A stretch of DNA of 63,068 bases, filler included. It is 5 parts of 5 records of this genome, joined end to end, with 100 filler letters (N's around TTAATTAATTAA, not from the genome) between each part and the next. Parts side by side here need not be neighbours in the genome. Positions count along the whole stretch, not along the records: positions 1 to 19,212 come from SRR31156797_1827; positions 19,313 to 33,991 come from SRR31156797_1828; 3 more parts are not named here. One strand, given 5' to 3'. Numbering within the stretch: the stretch's first letter is position 1; each line of letters begins with the position of its first letter. The notes beneath the pieces are model-generated. The model made no database searches, was not told the origin of the DNA, and was given only the letters and a program-made list of their open reading frames with translations. Position numbers and translations under genes: made by a program. Positions 10,477-21,299 of the stretch are shown here, one piece after another.

Positions 10477-12528
10477 TTATCTTTTTAGATCAATCAAAGT
10501 ACTAAGAATTTCATCTGCTGTAGTGATAGATTTTGAATTTGCTTCAAAAGCTCTTTGGAAAACCATCAAGTTAACCAAACTTTCACTTAAGTCAGCTGTA
10601 CTTAGCTCCAATGTCTCTGCCTCAATTGTAGTTGAGTTTTCATTATTCATTGTAAAAATTGGTGTACCACTTTGTGTTGTTTCTGCTAAAAGGTTATTAC
10701 CTACAGATTCTAACTCAATATTATTAGCAAACTGTGCAATTGCAATTTGTCCTACTACATAATCAACTCCATCTTGTGTTACAGTTATCATTCCTGATTC
10801 ATCAACAGAGAACTCACCAAATGAAGAGTCAGTTAAACCTAATGAATCTAATTTTAATTGTAATGAAGACTGAGAAGTTTCTTGGTCAACACTTGAAATA
10901 ATTTGCATAAACTCACCACCAGCTCCAGTATTACCACTAATTTCTAAGTTTCTTTCTTTTGTGTAAGATGTAATATCACCTGTAGTTAAAGGGTCATTAT
11001 CAGCATCATCATTAAAAGTTATAACACCAGAAAACTCTTCTCCAGTAGTTCTTGATTGAATTACTAAGTTTCCATTAATATTTTTTGCTTCAACATCTAA
11101 ACTTAATGTTGGGTCACTATTAATTTGAGAAATCAAATCATCTCTCATAGATGCATAGTCAGTTGCATTTACACCATCACCATCATTATCATCACCATGA
11201 GTAACAGTTAATGTAACTCCATTTAGTGTAAAGTCAACAGAATCCCCTGCTGAAAAAGTGATAGCTGTTCCATTATCATCTGAGAAAATATCATCTTCTT
11301 GATATACATCATATTGTTTACCGGCAACTGCATCTTTCAATGCTTGCATTGCAGATTCTACACCTGCTCTACCCGTTCCAGCTTCTGATTGTGTTACAGT
11401 TGTACTTGTTCCTTCAACTTCAGTTGAATTTGATACTTCATAAACATCACCAACAATAAACTCTTCACCAGGGTTGATTGATTTGATTTGAATTGTTCCA
11501 TTTAGAACATCTGCAAGGTTTGTTGTTTCATTCCCTGAAGCATCTACAGTATAAGCAGTTAGTCCTGTAATATCAGAGATTTCATCTGCTAATGCTTTGT
11601 AAGTTGCTGCTCTACTTGCTAAAATATTATATTCATCACTTTCAATAGTACCACTTGAATCTAAATCAAGACTCGTCATACCACCAGCAAATAATGCATC
11701 AACTTCTGCTATAAAACTTGTTGTTGCACTAGTGTCTACATAATCTTGAGTTACTTTATTCCCATCTATATAAACATAAATTTGGTCACCTTCTCCATCA
11801 ATAATACTTCCTACACCACTTGGAAAATCGATTTCTGATATTTGTGCAATTGATGGTGATGAAGTAGCATCTGGATCTTCAGCATAACTTTCTAATGCAG
11901 ATTGATATTTTGTAATTAATGCTTCAATATCAGAGATTTTTGATGATTGTGACTTTATACCTGAACCTGTAAGTTCATCAGCGTCACTTCTTGCACTTGA
12001 TGAATAATCAGTAATTTTTGCGGCATAAGTTTCAACTCTATTTGAGAATTGAACAATTTGATTACCTGCAATTTCAGTAAAATTGTCATTAAATGATGTC
12101 CAGTTACTGTTTGTTGATACAACATCATTATCAGGATCAAGTGTGCTCATAGCCCAACCTTGTACATCATAACCATTTGCATCTTGTAATGTACCGTTGT
12201 CACCCATCCTAAAGTTACCAGCTCTAGTATAGAAAGTTTCTGATGTTCCACTTGATGAAGTGTTTGACACAACGAAGAAACCATCTCCATTTAATGCCAT
12301 ATCATAAGAAGAACCTGTTACATTTAAACTACCTTGAGTATATTGTTTTTCACCACTTGTAACAGTTGAACCTTTACCAATACTATCTTGATACATCATA
12401 TCTGCAAAAGAAACTCTAGAAGATTTATACCCTACAGTATTAACATTTGCGATGTTGTTAGACTCGTTATCTATTGCAGTTTGTGCTGCCGATAATCCTG
12501 AAATTCCAGTCCATAATGCACCAATCAT
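10477..12528 (-). CDS. flgE: Flagellar hook protein FlgE
   Basis: SNNIANVNTVGYK, DMALNGDGFF, YTRAGNF, and LELSTADLSESLVNLMVFQRAFEANSK. Confidence 0.95.
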   Translation of the reverse strand: MIGALWTGISGLSAAQTAIDNESNNIANVNTVGYKSSRVSFADMMYQDSIGKGSTVTSGEKQYTQGSLNVTGSSYDMALNGDGFFVVSNTSSSGTSETFYTRAGNFRMGDNGTLQDANGYDVQGWAMSTLDPDNDVVSTNSNWTSFNDNFTEIAGNQIVQFSNRVETYAAKITDYSSSARSDADELTGSGIKSQSSKISDIEALITKYQSALESYAEDPDATSSPSIAQISEIDFPSGVGSIIDGEGDQIYVYIDGNKVTQDYVDTSATTSFIAEVDALFAGGMTSLDLDSSGTIESDEYNILASRAATYKALADEISDITGLTAYTVDASGNETTNLADVLNGTIQIKSINPGEEFIVGDVYEVSNSTEVEGTSTTVTQSEAGTGRAGVESAMQALKDAVAGKQYDVYQEDDIFSDDNGTAITFSAGDSVDFTLNGVTLTVTHGDDNDGDGVNATDYASMRDDLISQINSDPTLSLDVEAKNINGNLVIQSRTTGEEFSGVITFNDDADNDPLTTGDITSYTKERNLEISGNTGAGGEFMQIISSVDQETSQSSLQLKLDSLGLTDSSFGEFSVDESGMITVTQDGVDYVVGQIAIAQFANNIELESVGNNLLAETTQSGTPIFTMNNENSTTIEAETLELSTADLSESLVNLMVFQRAFEANSKSITTADEILSTLIDLKR

Positions 12529-12651
12529 TTTAAATCCTTTTCATTTTATTGTAAATTTAACTAAAAATTTACATTTATTATATATTATATCATAAATTGC
12601 TGTTTAATGGAAGTACCATAAAACAATCATTTATTCTGTATAAAATCTATT

Positions 12652-13410
12652 TTAATAAATCTTCGTAATGCTTGAATATAATAATGTTTCTGATTCACTA
12701 CCATATGTCGTAGCATTATTTGTTGTGTAAGCCATATCAATTGAACCATTTGCTCCAATTGAACTACCTCCACCGCTAACATATATACTTAATTGATATC
12801 CATTTGAAGTTTCATCTAAAGAAGCATTAACACCATCAAGGCTGTTTAATTCTTCAGCAAATTCTTCATAAGTTTTACCATAAGTACTAACTTCAAAAGA
12901 TTCACCTTCGTTATTAGTAATAGTTACTTTATCATCTTCATCAGTAGAAGGCAAAGTTTCAGTTTTACTTTCCACTTCTTCAAAAGAGTAAATATCATAA
13001 TAACCCGTAATCTCATTGGCAGTTAAATATATGTTACCATCATCACCTTCAACAGAAGAAATTTTAAATTGTTTTGGATTTCCACTATCATCAGTTTCAC
13101 CATTTTCAACTATATTTCCAATCAATGAAGCAGCATTTGATAATGCTGTTTGTTGATAAGACTCTGTCAAAGACTCCATAGCTTCCACTGTAGATACATT
13201 TGCTTCAAGCGTTGAAAGTCTCAATTGAGAATCTAACATCTCAGAAGAATCAACTGTACTTGTAGGATCTTGAAGCGATAATTGTGTTAACATCAATGTT
13301 AAAAAATCTTCACTTTGTAAACCTTCTGTACTAACTGAAGTTGTATATGTATTACCATATGCGTCCGCAGTTGAAGATGTAGTAACTCCATCTGTTGTTG
13401 TAGTTGCCAT
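12652..13410 (-). CDS. flgD: Flagellar hook-capping protein FlgD
   Basis: EDFLTLMLTQLSLQDPTSTVDS and AASLIG motifs; directly upstream of flgE. Confidence 0.92.
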   Translation of the reverse strand: MATTTTDGVTTSSTADAYGNTYTTSVSTEGLQSEDFLTLMLTQLSLQDPTSTVDSSEMLDSQLRLSTLEANVSTVEAMESLTESYQQTALSNAASLIGNIVENGETDDSGNPKQFKISSVEGDDGNIYLTANEITGYYDIYSFEEVESKTETLPSTDEDDKVTITNNEGESFEVSTYGKTYEEFAEELNSLDGVNASLDETSNGYQLSIYVSGGGSSIGANGSIDMAYTTNNATTYGSESETLLYSSITKIY

Positions 13411-13482
13411 AATGACTCCTTTTTATACTTCTGCCTTCTTAAAAAAGACAGAATAAGAAAACAACTAGTAATCCTATTATTA

Positions 13483-13515
13483 ATTATATTACCATAAAGT
13501 AAATAAATAGTAACA
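13483..13515 (-). promoter_or_regulatory. flgD promoter with tandem regulator box and sigma70-type -10
   Basis: TGTTAC-TATTT-ATTTACTT-TATGGTAA-TATAAT. Confidence 0.7.
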
Positions 13516-13522
13516 AAAAGTA

Positions 13523-14794
13523 TTAAAATTGGATTTTAAATATGTGAAAATCTTCGCTGTAGTAATAATATAAATTAAAATCATGTCTTTCAATAATATT
13601 ATTTGTAATATATAAACCTAATCCTAAACCTTTATCTATAGATTCATATTCTCTATTAAAAGGCTTCAAGTATTGCTCAAAAGGTTTTGTCAGAGGTTTT
13701 CCTTTATTTTTAAAAATAAGACTATCCTCTTTTATAATAATCTCAGGCATACCATCACTTTTGTATTTAAGAGCATTGTCAATTAAGTTTTTTATAGATA
13801 TTGCAAAAAGTTCATAATCAACTTCTACAGTAGTACTATTTTTATATATTTTTAATTTTGTTTCATCTATTAACAGTATATCAAAAGCTTGGTCTAATAG
13901 GTCAACAACCCTATACTCTTTTTTATTTAGATTTATTTTCCCAGACACTAACTCTTCTAACTTTACAAACTCTTCTAAAAGATATTCTAATCTTAAAAAA
14001 GCTCGTTGCAATATATATTTCTTTTTATTTTCATCTAATGTATCAGATACTAGTTTTCCCTTTGTTATAGGTGTTTTAAGCTCATGTAAAATATTTCTCA
14101 TAAAAAGTTTTCTAGAACTATTTAAATCTCTAATCTTCTCTATTGCATTGTTGAACTCATTTGAAACTTGAGATATTTCATCTTTCCCAGCCATACTTGT
14201 GTCAATATCTAAATTCCCTTCAGAGAATTTATTGATTTCATGTTTCAATTTTAAAAGAGGTTTTAGTTTTTTATACAAAAAATAAAAAAACCAAAATAAA
14301 GTTAGATTAATAATTATAAAAATAAACATCCAAAAGAACTTATGGTTTAATTGACTATTTAAATCAATAAAAAGCATCTCTTTAGGTTTAAAAGGTGGTC
14401 TGAAATCTGTATTCTTAGGTGGAGGAGGTAAATCTTCCAAAATTGGTTTAGGATTAAAATAAACATATAATGTTCCACCAAGTTTATATAATGTAATAAT
14501 CTTTTCTTCATCGAAATCTATTTTTTCAGGTTCTAATTTTATTATTTCTTCTATATTTATATCTTCATACTTCATATTAAAGCTTGAAATTTTTTCATTA
14601 ATATCTTTTTTACTTATACCTTTATTTAGATCTTTTTCTACACTTTTAACGACAGAAATATACCTTTTGAACATTAAAGCTTTTAGATTATTGAAATCTA
14701 AACTAAACTGTATGTAAATTAAAAAATTAATTACAACAAGAACTAATGCAAAGAATACTGATATTTGAAAAAATATTGAACTTTTTTTACTCAT
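13523..14794 (-). CDS. Sensor histidine kinase (ArsS/RacS-like; two TM, HAMP, HisKA, HATPase)
   Basis: HELKTP H-box, NLIDNALKY, GLGLGL; probable start at ATG 14794, overlapping the regulator's 3' end. Confidence 0.92.
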   Translation of the reverse strand: MSKKSSIFFQISVFFALVLVVINFLIYIQFSLDFNNLKALMFKRYISVVKSVEKDLNKGISKKDINEKISSFNMKYEDINIEEIIKLEPEKIDFDEEKIITLYKLGGTLYVYFNPKPILEDLPPPPKNTDFRPPFKPKEMLFIDLNSQLNHKFFWMFIFIIINLTLFWFFYFLYKKLKPLLKLKHEINKFSEGNLDIDTSMAGKDEISQVSNEFNNAIEKIRDLNSSRKLFMRNILHELKTPITKGKLVSDTLDENKKKYILQRAFLRLEYLLEEFVKLEELVSGKINLNKKEYRVVDLLDQAFDILLIDETKLKIYKNSTTVEVDYELFAISIKNLIDNALKYKSDGMPEIIIKEDSLIFKNKGKPLTKPFEQYLKPFNREYESIDKGLGLGLYITNNIIERHDFNLYYYYSEDFHIFKIQF

Positions 14795-15470
14795 TAACCA
14801 ATTTATAGCCAACTCCTCTTATTGAGAGTATATACTTTGGTTTTCTAGAATTTTCTTCTATTTTGTGTCTTACTCTACCAATTAAAACATCAATACTTTT
14901 ATAAGTACTTTCATACTTTATTGACTCCACATTTGTTAATAACTCTTCTCTAGAGACAACAAAACCTGCTTTTTTTATAAGATATGCTAAAATATGATAT
15001 TCAGCGTTTGTTAAATTAATCAAATTACCATACATTGTAATTTCCATTTTCTCTTCATCTAACAAAAATATTTTATTTTTTATATCTTCTGCTTCTGTAA
15101 TATTTACATTACTACATCTTCTTATTATTGATTTGATTCTGAAGATTAGCTCTTGTGTATCATATGGCTTTGGCATAAAATCATCTGCACCATAACTAAA
15201 GCAAGCAATTTTATCACCAATATTTGATCTTGCACTTGAAATAATAATTGGGATATCATATGTTTTTCTTATCATCTTACATACTTCTATACCATCTATT
15301 TCAGGTAAAGATAAATCAAGTATTATTAAATCGTATTTTTTCAATCTTAAGGCAGAGATTGCCAGTTCAGGGGAGTCATAGTTTGTTACTTTTATATTAT
15401 ATTGATCTAAATATTCTATTAAAATATCTGCTAGTTCTAGATCATCTTCAATCATTAATATTTCTATCAA
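14787..15470 (-). CDS. OmpR-family response regulator
   Basis: REC domain (EDD, DLSLP, KP) plus winged helix (LTNAEY, SIDVLIGRVR, IRGVGY); TTG start. Confidence 0.95.
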   Translation of the reverse strand: MIEILMIEDDLELADILIEYLDQYNIKVTNYDSPELAISALRLKKYDLIILDLSLPEIDGIEVCKMIRKTYDIPIIISSARSNIGDKIACFSYGADDFMPKPYDTQELIFRIKSIIRRCSNVNITEAEDIKNKIFLLDEEKMEITMYGNLINLTNAEYHILAYLIKKAGFVVSREELLTNVESIKYESTYKSIDVLIGRVRHKIEENSRKPKYILSIRGVGYKLVNE

Positions 15471-15494
15471 AACATATCCTTTAATGCAGAAATA

Positions 15495-15527
15495 ATTTTA
15501 ATAAACCAAAGTTAATAAAAAGTAACA
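15495..15527 (-). promoter_or_regulatory. Putative autoregulatory box and -10 of the two-component operon
   Basis: TGTTAC-TTTTT-ATTAACTT-TGGTTTAT-TAAAAT. Confidence 0.7.
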
Positions 15528-15536
15528 TTTATACTT

Positions 15537-17708
15537 TTAAATTAAGATTTCTCTATTTCCTTTAGCATTCGCTTCACTTAAAACACCTGTTTGTTCTAAC
15601 TGTTCAACTATTGTTGCTGCTCTATTATAGCCAATTCTTAGTTTTCTTTGAATATATGATATAGATGTTTTTTTATCAGTTAAAACAACCTCTTTTGCAT
15701 CTTCATATAAATCATCTAATTCCCCTAACTCTACACCATTTGAAGAGTTTGCAATTGATGATTCTGTTTTATCTTTAACAAAGTTCATATCGTATTCAAC
15801 TTCTCTTTGATCTTTTAAGAAGTCAACTACACTTTCAATTTCACTTTCTAAAGACCAAGGAGCATGAAGTCTCACAAGTCCTGAAGTTCCAGGAGGTGTA
15901 AATAACATATCTCCTCTACCTAATAATGATTCAGCTCCAAGTGAGTCAAGAATAATCTTAGAATCTACTTTTTGCCCAACTTTATATGATAACCTACTTG
16001 GAAGGTTTGCTTTAATAAGACCTGTAACAACATCAACAGATGGTCTTTGTGTTGCAACTATCAAGTGAATACCTGATGCTCTTGCCATTTGTGCAAGTCT
16101 TGCAATTGAAAGCTCTACATCTTTACCACTAGTCATCATTAAGTCTGCTAACTCATCAATAACAACTACAATATATGGAATTGAATCAAACCCATCTCTT
16201 TTTGCTTTTTCATTATAGCTTTCAATGTTTTTAGTTTTTGTTTTAGACATCATCGTATATCTTCGTTCCATCTCTGCTACCATATTTGATAAAGCATTAA
16301 TAGCATCAGTAGGTTTTGTTATAACTGGTGTTAAAAGATGTGGAATCTCGTTGTACATTGAGAACTCTAGCATTTTAGGGTCAATCATCACAAGTCTTAA
16401 ATTATCTGGAGAGTTTTTATATAATAAAGATAATATCATAGAGTTGATACCAACTGATTTACCTGAACCTGTAGTACCTGCAATAAGTAGGTGAGGAAGC
16501 TTTTTAAGGTCTGTTACAAAAGGTTTTCCTACAATATCTTTTCCTAAAATCATTGTCAAAGGTGATTTTGCATTTTGGAACAGTTCACTCTCTAACAGTT
16601 CTCTAATAAAAATAGTTTGCATATCATCATTTGGTACCTCAATACCAATTACATCTTTACCAGGAATTGGAGCTTGAATCCTAATAGTTTGTGCTTTTAA
16701 TGCCATTGCTAAATCATCTTGAAGATTTAGTATCTTAGAAACTTTTACATTAGGAGCTGGTTTAAACTCAAAAGTTGTAACAACTGGACCTGTATATGTT
16801 CTAACTACATCACCTTCAATTTTAAACATCAATAGTTTTTCTAATAAATCTTCAATTTTTTTATCAATTTGTGCTTCTGAAACTTTTGATTTTTTCTCTT
16901 TTGGAGGATTTTGGAAAAAGCTTGTTAAAGGAAGTTTAAAATCTTTTGGTTTTTCAGTTTTTCCTAATTCTATCTCATCTAGGAGTTTTTTATTCTCTTC
17001 TAATTCATCTACAATTATTCCATGGTTTTGCTCAACCTCAATAACCTCTTCTATTTCATCTTCAATGAAGCTTTTTTCAACAGTTTCTTGGATAGTGTTC
17101 TCATTCTCATCAAGTTGATTAAGGTTGATAATATTTAAATCATCAACTTCAATATCTGCAATATTGCTTTCATCAACCTCTTCTATAATGATTTCAGAAA
17201 CATCTCCATCATTTTTTACAGAAACTTTTTCTTTATGTTCAGCCGGTTTTTCTTTCTTTTCTCTTTTTGTTCTTTTCTTATTCTCTATTCTTTTAGGTTT
17301 TACTGAAGTATCAACTCTTTTAAAAGATGGAATGATTTTCTTAGCATCTATGTTAACACTTATATCTGCATCTTCAAGTAGAATCATTAATGAAATAATC
17401 AATGATATAATTACAAAAATCCAAAGTCCTACATTACCAATAAAAGGCATCATTGAAGAGACTATGAAGTTCCCAATCTCTCCTGAAAGTTCACCTTTCC
17501 CTACAACTAATGATTGAAAAGTTAAAAGAGAGATTAAAAGTAGTAAAACAGAAGATGTTTTAACACTAAACTCTTTTACATCAAAATCATTTTTTATATT
17601 AATTAAATATAAAGGATATAAAAATAAAAATAGATATACATAAGATAAAAAACCAAAATAATTGTGAGAAAAAGATGCAAATAGATATCCTATTTTTCCC
17701 ACACTCAT
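15537..17708 (-). CDS. ftsK: DNA translocase FtsK (true start probably further upstream, near 17786)
   Basis: PHLLIAGTTGSGKS, VVVIDELADLMM, ATQRPSVDV, gamma domain LRIGYNRAA. Confidence 0.97.
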   Translation of the reverse strand: MSVGKIGYLFASFSHNYFGFLSYVYLFLFLYPLYLINIKNDFDVKEFSVKTSSVLLLLISLLTFQSLVVGKGELSGEIGNFIVSSMMPFIGNVGLWIFVIISLIISLMILLEDADISVNIDAKKIIPSFKRVDTSVKPKRIENKKRTKREKKEKPAEHKEKVSVKNDGDVSEIIIEEVDESNIADIEVDDLNIINLNQLDENENTIQETVEKSFIEDEIEEVIEVEQNHGIIVDELEENKKLLDEIELGKTEKPKDFKLPLTSFFQNPPKEKKSKVSEAQIDKKIEDLLEKLLMFKIEGDVVRTYTGPVVTTFEFKPAPNVKVSKILNLQDDLAMALKAQTIRIQAPIPGKDVIGIEVPNDDMQTIFIRELLESELFQNAKSPLTMILGKDIVGKPFVTDLKKLPHLLIAGTTGSGKSVGINSMILSLLYKNSPDNLRLVMIDPKMLEFSMYNEIPHLLTPVITKPTDAINALSNMVAEMERRYTMMSKTKTKNIESYNEKAKRDGFDSIPYIVVVIDELADLMMTSGKDVELSIARLAQMARASGIHLIVATQRPSVDVVTGLIKANLPSRLSYKVGQKVDSKIILDSLGAESLLGRGDMLFTPPGTSGLVRLHAPWSLESEIESVVDFLKDQREVEYDMNFVKDKTESSIANSSNGVELGELDDLYEDAKEVVLTDKKTSISYIQRKLRIGYNRAATIVEQLEQTGVLSEANAKGNREILI

Positions 17709-17796
17709 TTTATCACTTACAAATGTTGCATACTCAAAATATATTAGTATAAATAAAAAGATTGATGATAATATTTTCTTAACTATTTTAAAGCCT

Positions 17797-18744
17797 TTAT
17801 TTTAGTAATTTTGCAATTCTACCTTGCAATTTTAACCATTGTCTATGTTCAAATAATGGGAAGCCTGCCCACTGCTTTTTAGGAGTTGTAATAGATTTTG
17901 TTACGCCACCTCTTGCTGCAATAGTTGTAAATGGAGCAACTTCTAAGTGCCCTGCTGTTGCACTTTGCCCACCCATAATAACATATTCATGTAGTGTTGT
18001 TGAACCTGATAACCCAACTTGACCTGTCAAGATAGAACCTTTTCCAATCTTACAGTTATGTGCAATATGGATTAAGTTATCTAATCTTACACCATCAGAA
18101 ATAATTGTTGATTTAAACACTGCTCTGTCTATAGCTGTGTTTGCGCCAATCTCTACATCATTTCCTATTACAACATTTCCATTTTGATAAATTTTTATAT
18201 ATTTTCCATCTTTTGTATTAGCAAAACCAAAACCATCACTTCCAATAACAGTTCCCGCATGTATAATACAATCACTTCCAACTATACAATCTCTATATAT
18301 CGATACATTTGGATAAAGTATAGTATTATCTCCAATACTTACATTATCTCCAATAAATACACCTGACATAATTTTACAATTAGAACCAATTTTAGAATTT
18401 TTTCCTAAATATACATTTGGCATAACTGTTGTGTTATCACCAACAATACAATTATCTCCATCAACTTCAATAACTTCTGGTGCAAATAGCTTTGATGCAT
18501 GAGCTAAATTTAAATAAGGTTCATCACAAACTAAAGCAATAGATGTATTAGGAACCATTGATGCAAATTCTTTTTTCACAAGAACTGCTGCAGCTTTCGT
18601 GTTTTTTAAATCATTGATATATTTTTTATTTTCTAAAAAAGTTAATTCATTTTTATTTGAGTCAAGAAGTGTATTTAAACCTGAAATTTCTATCTCACTT
18701 GTAGATTCTAAATCTAGAATTTTTGCAATTTCATTAAGTTTCAA
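17797..18744 (-). CDS. lpxD: UDP-3-O-(3-hydroxyacyl)glucosamine N-acyltransferase
   Basis: Hexapeptide repeats, [21 protein letters not shown]. Confidence 0.97.
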   Translation of the reverse strand: MKLNEIAKILDLESTSEIEISGLNTLLDSNKNELTFLENKKYINDLKNTKAAAVLVKKEFASMVPNTSIALVCDEPYLNLAHASKLFAPEVIEVDGDNCIVGDNTTVMPNVYLGKNSKIGSNCKIMSGVFIGDNVSIGDNTILYPNVSIYRDCIVGSDCIIHAGTVIGSDGFGFANTKDGKYIKIYQNGNVVIGNDVEIGANTAIDRAVFKSTIISDGVRLDNLIHIAHNCKIGKGSILTGQVGLSGSTTLHEYVIMGGQSATAGHLEVAPFTTIAARGGVTKSITTPKKQWAGFPLFEHRQWLKLQGRIAKLLK

Positions 18745-18782
18745 ATTAATATCCTTAAAATAAGAAAGATAAGAGAAACCCC

Positions 18783-19211
18783 TTATCTTTCCATAGCAAC
18801 AACACCACTTTTTACAACTTCAAGTGGTTTAAATTTGTTCATAATATTTGTAAAATTTGCAATTCTGCTTGGAGCATCTGTTGCAGAAATAACTATAGCA
18901 TCATCTGTTACATTTTGAATATGTCCATTATATGCTCTTGCAATTACATCTATATCACTTAATGGCTGATCAATTGGTATTTTAATCAAAACCGTCTCTT
19001 TTTCTATAACATTTTGATGCTCGTTAACTTTTAATACAGGAATAAGCTTATTCAATTGTTTAACAATTTGGTCAATAATTCTTTTATCTCCTGTTGTAAC
19101 AACAGTCATTCTTGAGTATTCACTACCAGAAATAGGAGCTACAGTTAGAGAATCAATATTATAACCTCTTGCAGAAAAAAGTCCTACAATTCTAGATAAA
19201 ACATTGTGTTC
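18783..19211 (-). CDS. ilvH: Acetolactate synthase small (regulatory) subunit, 5'-truncated by contig end
   Basis: Frame is open to the gap: [26 protein letters not shown]...[10 protein letters not shown]. Confidence 0.93.
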   Translation of the reverse strand, partial: EHNVLSRIVGLFSARGYNIDSLTVAPISGSEYSRMTVVTTGDKRIIDQIVKQLNKLIPVLKVNEHQNVIEKETVLIKIPIDQPLSDIDVIARAYNGHIQNVTDDAIVISATDAPSRIANFTNIMNKFKPLEVVKSGVVAMER

Positions 19212-19212
19212 A

Positions 19213-19312
19213 NNNNNNNNNNNNNNNNNNNNNNNNNNNNNNNNNNNNNNNNNNNNTTAATTAATTAANNNNNNNNNNNNNNNNNNNNNNNNNNNNNNNN
19301 NNNNNNNNNNNN
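19213..19312. other. Artificial contig linker
   Basis: N-run, TTAATTAATTAA (stop in all six frames), N-run; exactly 100 bp. Confidence 0.98.
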
Positions 19313-21256
19313 ATGGGACATATTCGCTAAAAATTCACTTTTAATTTTTGTGGCTTTTTCTGCTTCCTCTTTTGAGTTCTGAAGATCCACTTCTAAAGCT
19401 TTACGATCTGTTATATCTCTAAAAACTCCAATATTATAGATATTTTCATCCACTTCATAAGGTTTTACTGAGACATCACAAAGTGTTACTGTTCCATTTT
19501 TATTTAAAACTGGAATCTCTTTTGCTAATAATAATTTACCACTAGCAGTTCTTTCAAACTGATCTATGACATATGCTAATGATTCTTTTGGGAAAATACT
19601 ATCAATAGTAAGAACTTTCAATTCTTCTTTAGTATATCCCGTTAATTGTTCAAATGCTTTATTGCCATCAACAAACTTTTTATTGAATATATCTACAATT
19701 CCTATACCATCATTCATTGTAGAAAAATATGTTTGTAGTTCGTCACTTTTAAGAACTAACTCTTTTGTCTTCTTTTCATTCTCTATCTCTAGTTTTTTTA
19801 AAGTATCTATATCTCTTATCCTAGCATATACCGTATCTATCTTATTAAGTTTTATCTTATTTGCTGATATAAGTGTCCAAAACTCTTCACCCGTTGACTT
19901 TTTACTTAACCACTCAATCTCCACAAATCCTTTTTCTAAACACTCTTGTATAAATTGTTCTGCTTTTTCTTGTGCTGGTATCCCGCCAGGTTGTATCTTT
20001 GCAGAATAATCTAAAGAATCACTTTGTAAATAATCCTCTTTAGAAGCTACATTTAAAAGTTTTAAAAGTGTATTATTACACTCTATAAATTTTCCATTTT
20101 GGATAAGTAGCAGCCCATCCCCAGATTTTTCAAAAAGTGTTTTAAAAGTCTCTATTTGAGAATGTAACTCTGCTGTTGCTTGTTTCACTTTTGTTTGTAA
20201 TGTGTTTTTTTGGATAAAAATTCTATATGCAAAATAACTTAAAATTAAAAAAAGAAAAAATGCTGATATTCGAACAATATCTACTAATTTTAAAGTCATA
20301 GTGATAAAGTCATCTGGTGTATAAGAAACTATCCAGGCATTGACATTATTTTGTGTATTTTTAATTGGTAAGAATGAAATAGTATCAATATGATTATTTC
20401 TATATTGATTAAAATTATAATGTGATGTTTTATCATGCTCCACATAAAAACTAAAAGGCTTCCCCTCTTGCATCTTAGTATAAATCAACTCTTTAAAAGG
20501 TGCTAACTTTTCTGTATTATCTACTATACACACCTCTTTTTTATGCTGTTTAGTTAACATTAGCATATACTGATCATTCTCAGCAGCTTCAATATATTGT
20601 AGTTTTAAATCTTTTCTTTGCCATACTTGTTTTTCAAATACATTTTTTTCTACTAAAAAATGGGAATGGATCTGATTGATACTAGTAAGATAGTCTTGTA
20701 TATATAGACTTGAAAAAGAGATCTCTACAGCACAAAGATAGTTTCCCTCTTTATCAAATAATGGTTCTACATATCGTATAGCATGGGTAGTTTTACCACC
20801 CTCAAAACCACTAATAGGAAGTTTGTTTTCATTTGTATAGTTTATACTATATCGTATATTTGAGATATCATCATTATAAAGTTCAGGATTATGTACTCTT
20901 AAAAATGTTTTATTATTTGGTAAAGTAAATTGGAATTGATAGACGCCGCTTCTTTTTAATCCTCTATAATAAGTACTCAGTTTTTTATAAAGCTCTTGAC
21001 GTAAAATATCTTTTTGTTTTTCATTAGAATCTGGAAGTTGTTCTAGAATATTTATCGTATTATTTTGAATATAATCAATAGCATTTTCAACAATAATCTT
21101 TTCTTGAAACTGCAAACTTTTATAGTTTTTTTCAAGCTTTTCAAGATGTGACTTTAAAGAGAGTTCTATTCTTTGTGATTTATTTAAATCTGTAATAAAA
21201 ATAATGATCAAATTCAAACATATAAAAACAATAAAAAAAAATAGTTTTATCCCCAT
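19313..21256 (-). CDS. Cache/PAS/PAS sensor histidine kinase, 3'-truncated at the H-box
   Basis: Two TM segments around a periplasmic Cache-like domain, two PAS domains, KSEFLANMSH at the contig end (typical of hybrid kinases). Confidence 0.88.
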
Positions 21257-21299
21257 CTTTTGACTCCTTTTTTTATCTAATAAAAACTAGACTTCAAGT

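Noticed and set aside
19257-19268. TTAATTAATTAA repeated four times in the window, considered as a biological repeat or att site
   Set aside because: Always centred in a 100-bp N spacer; it is an all-frame stop linker.
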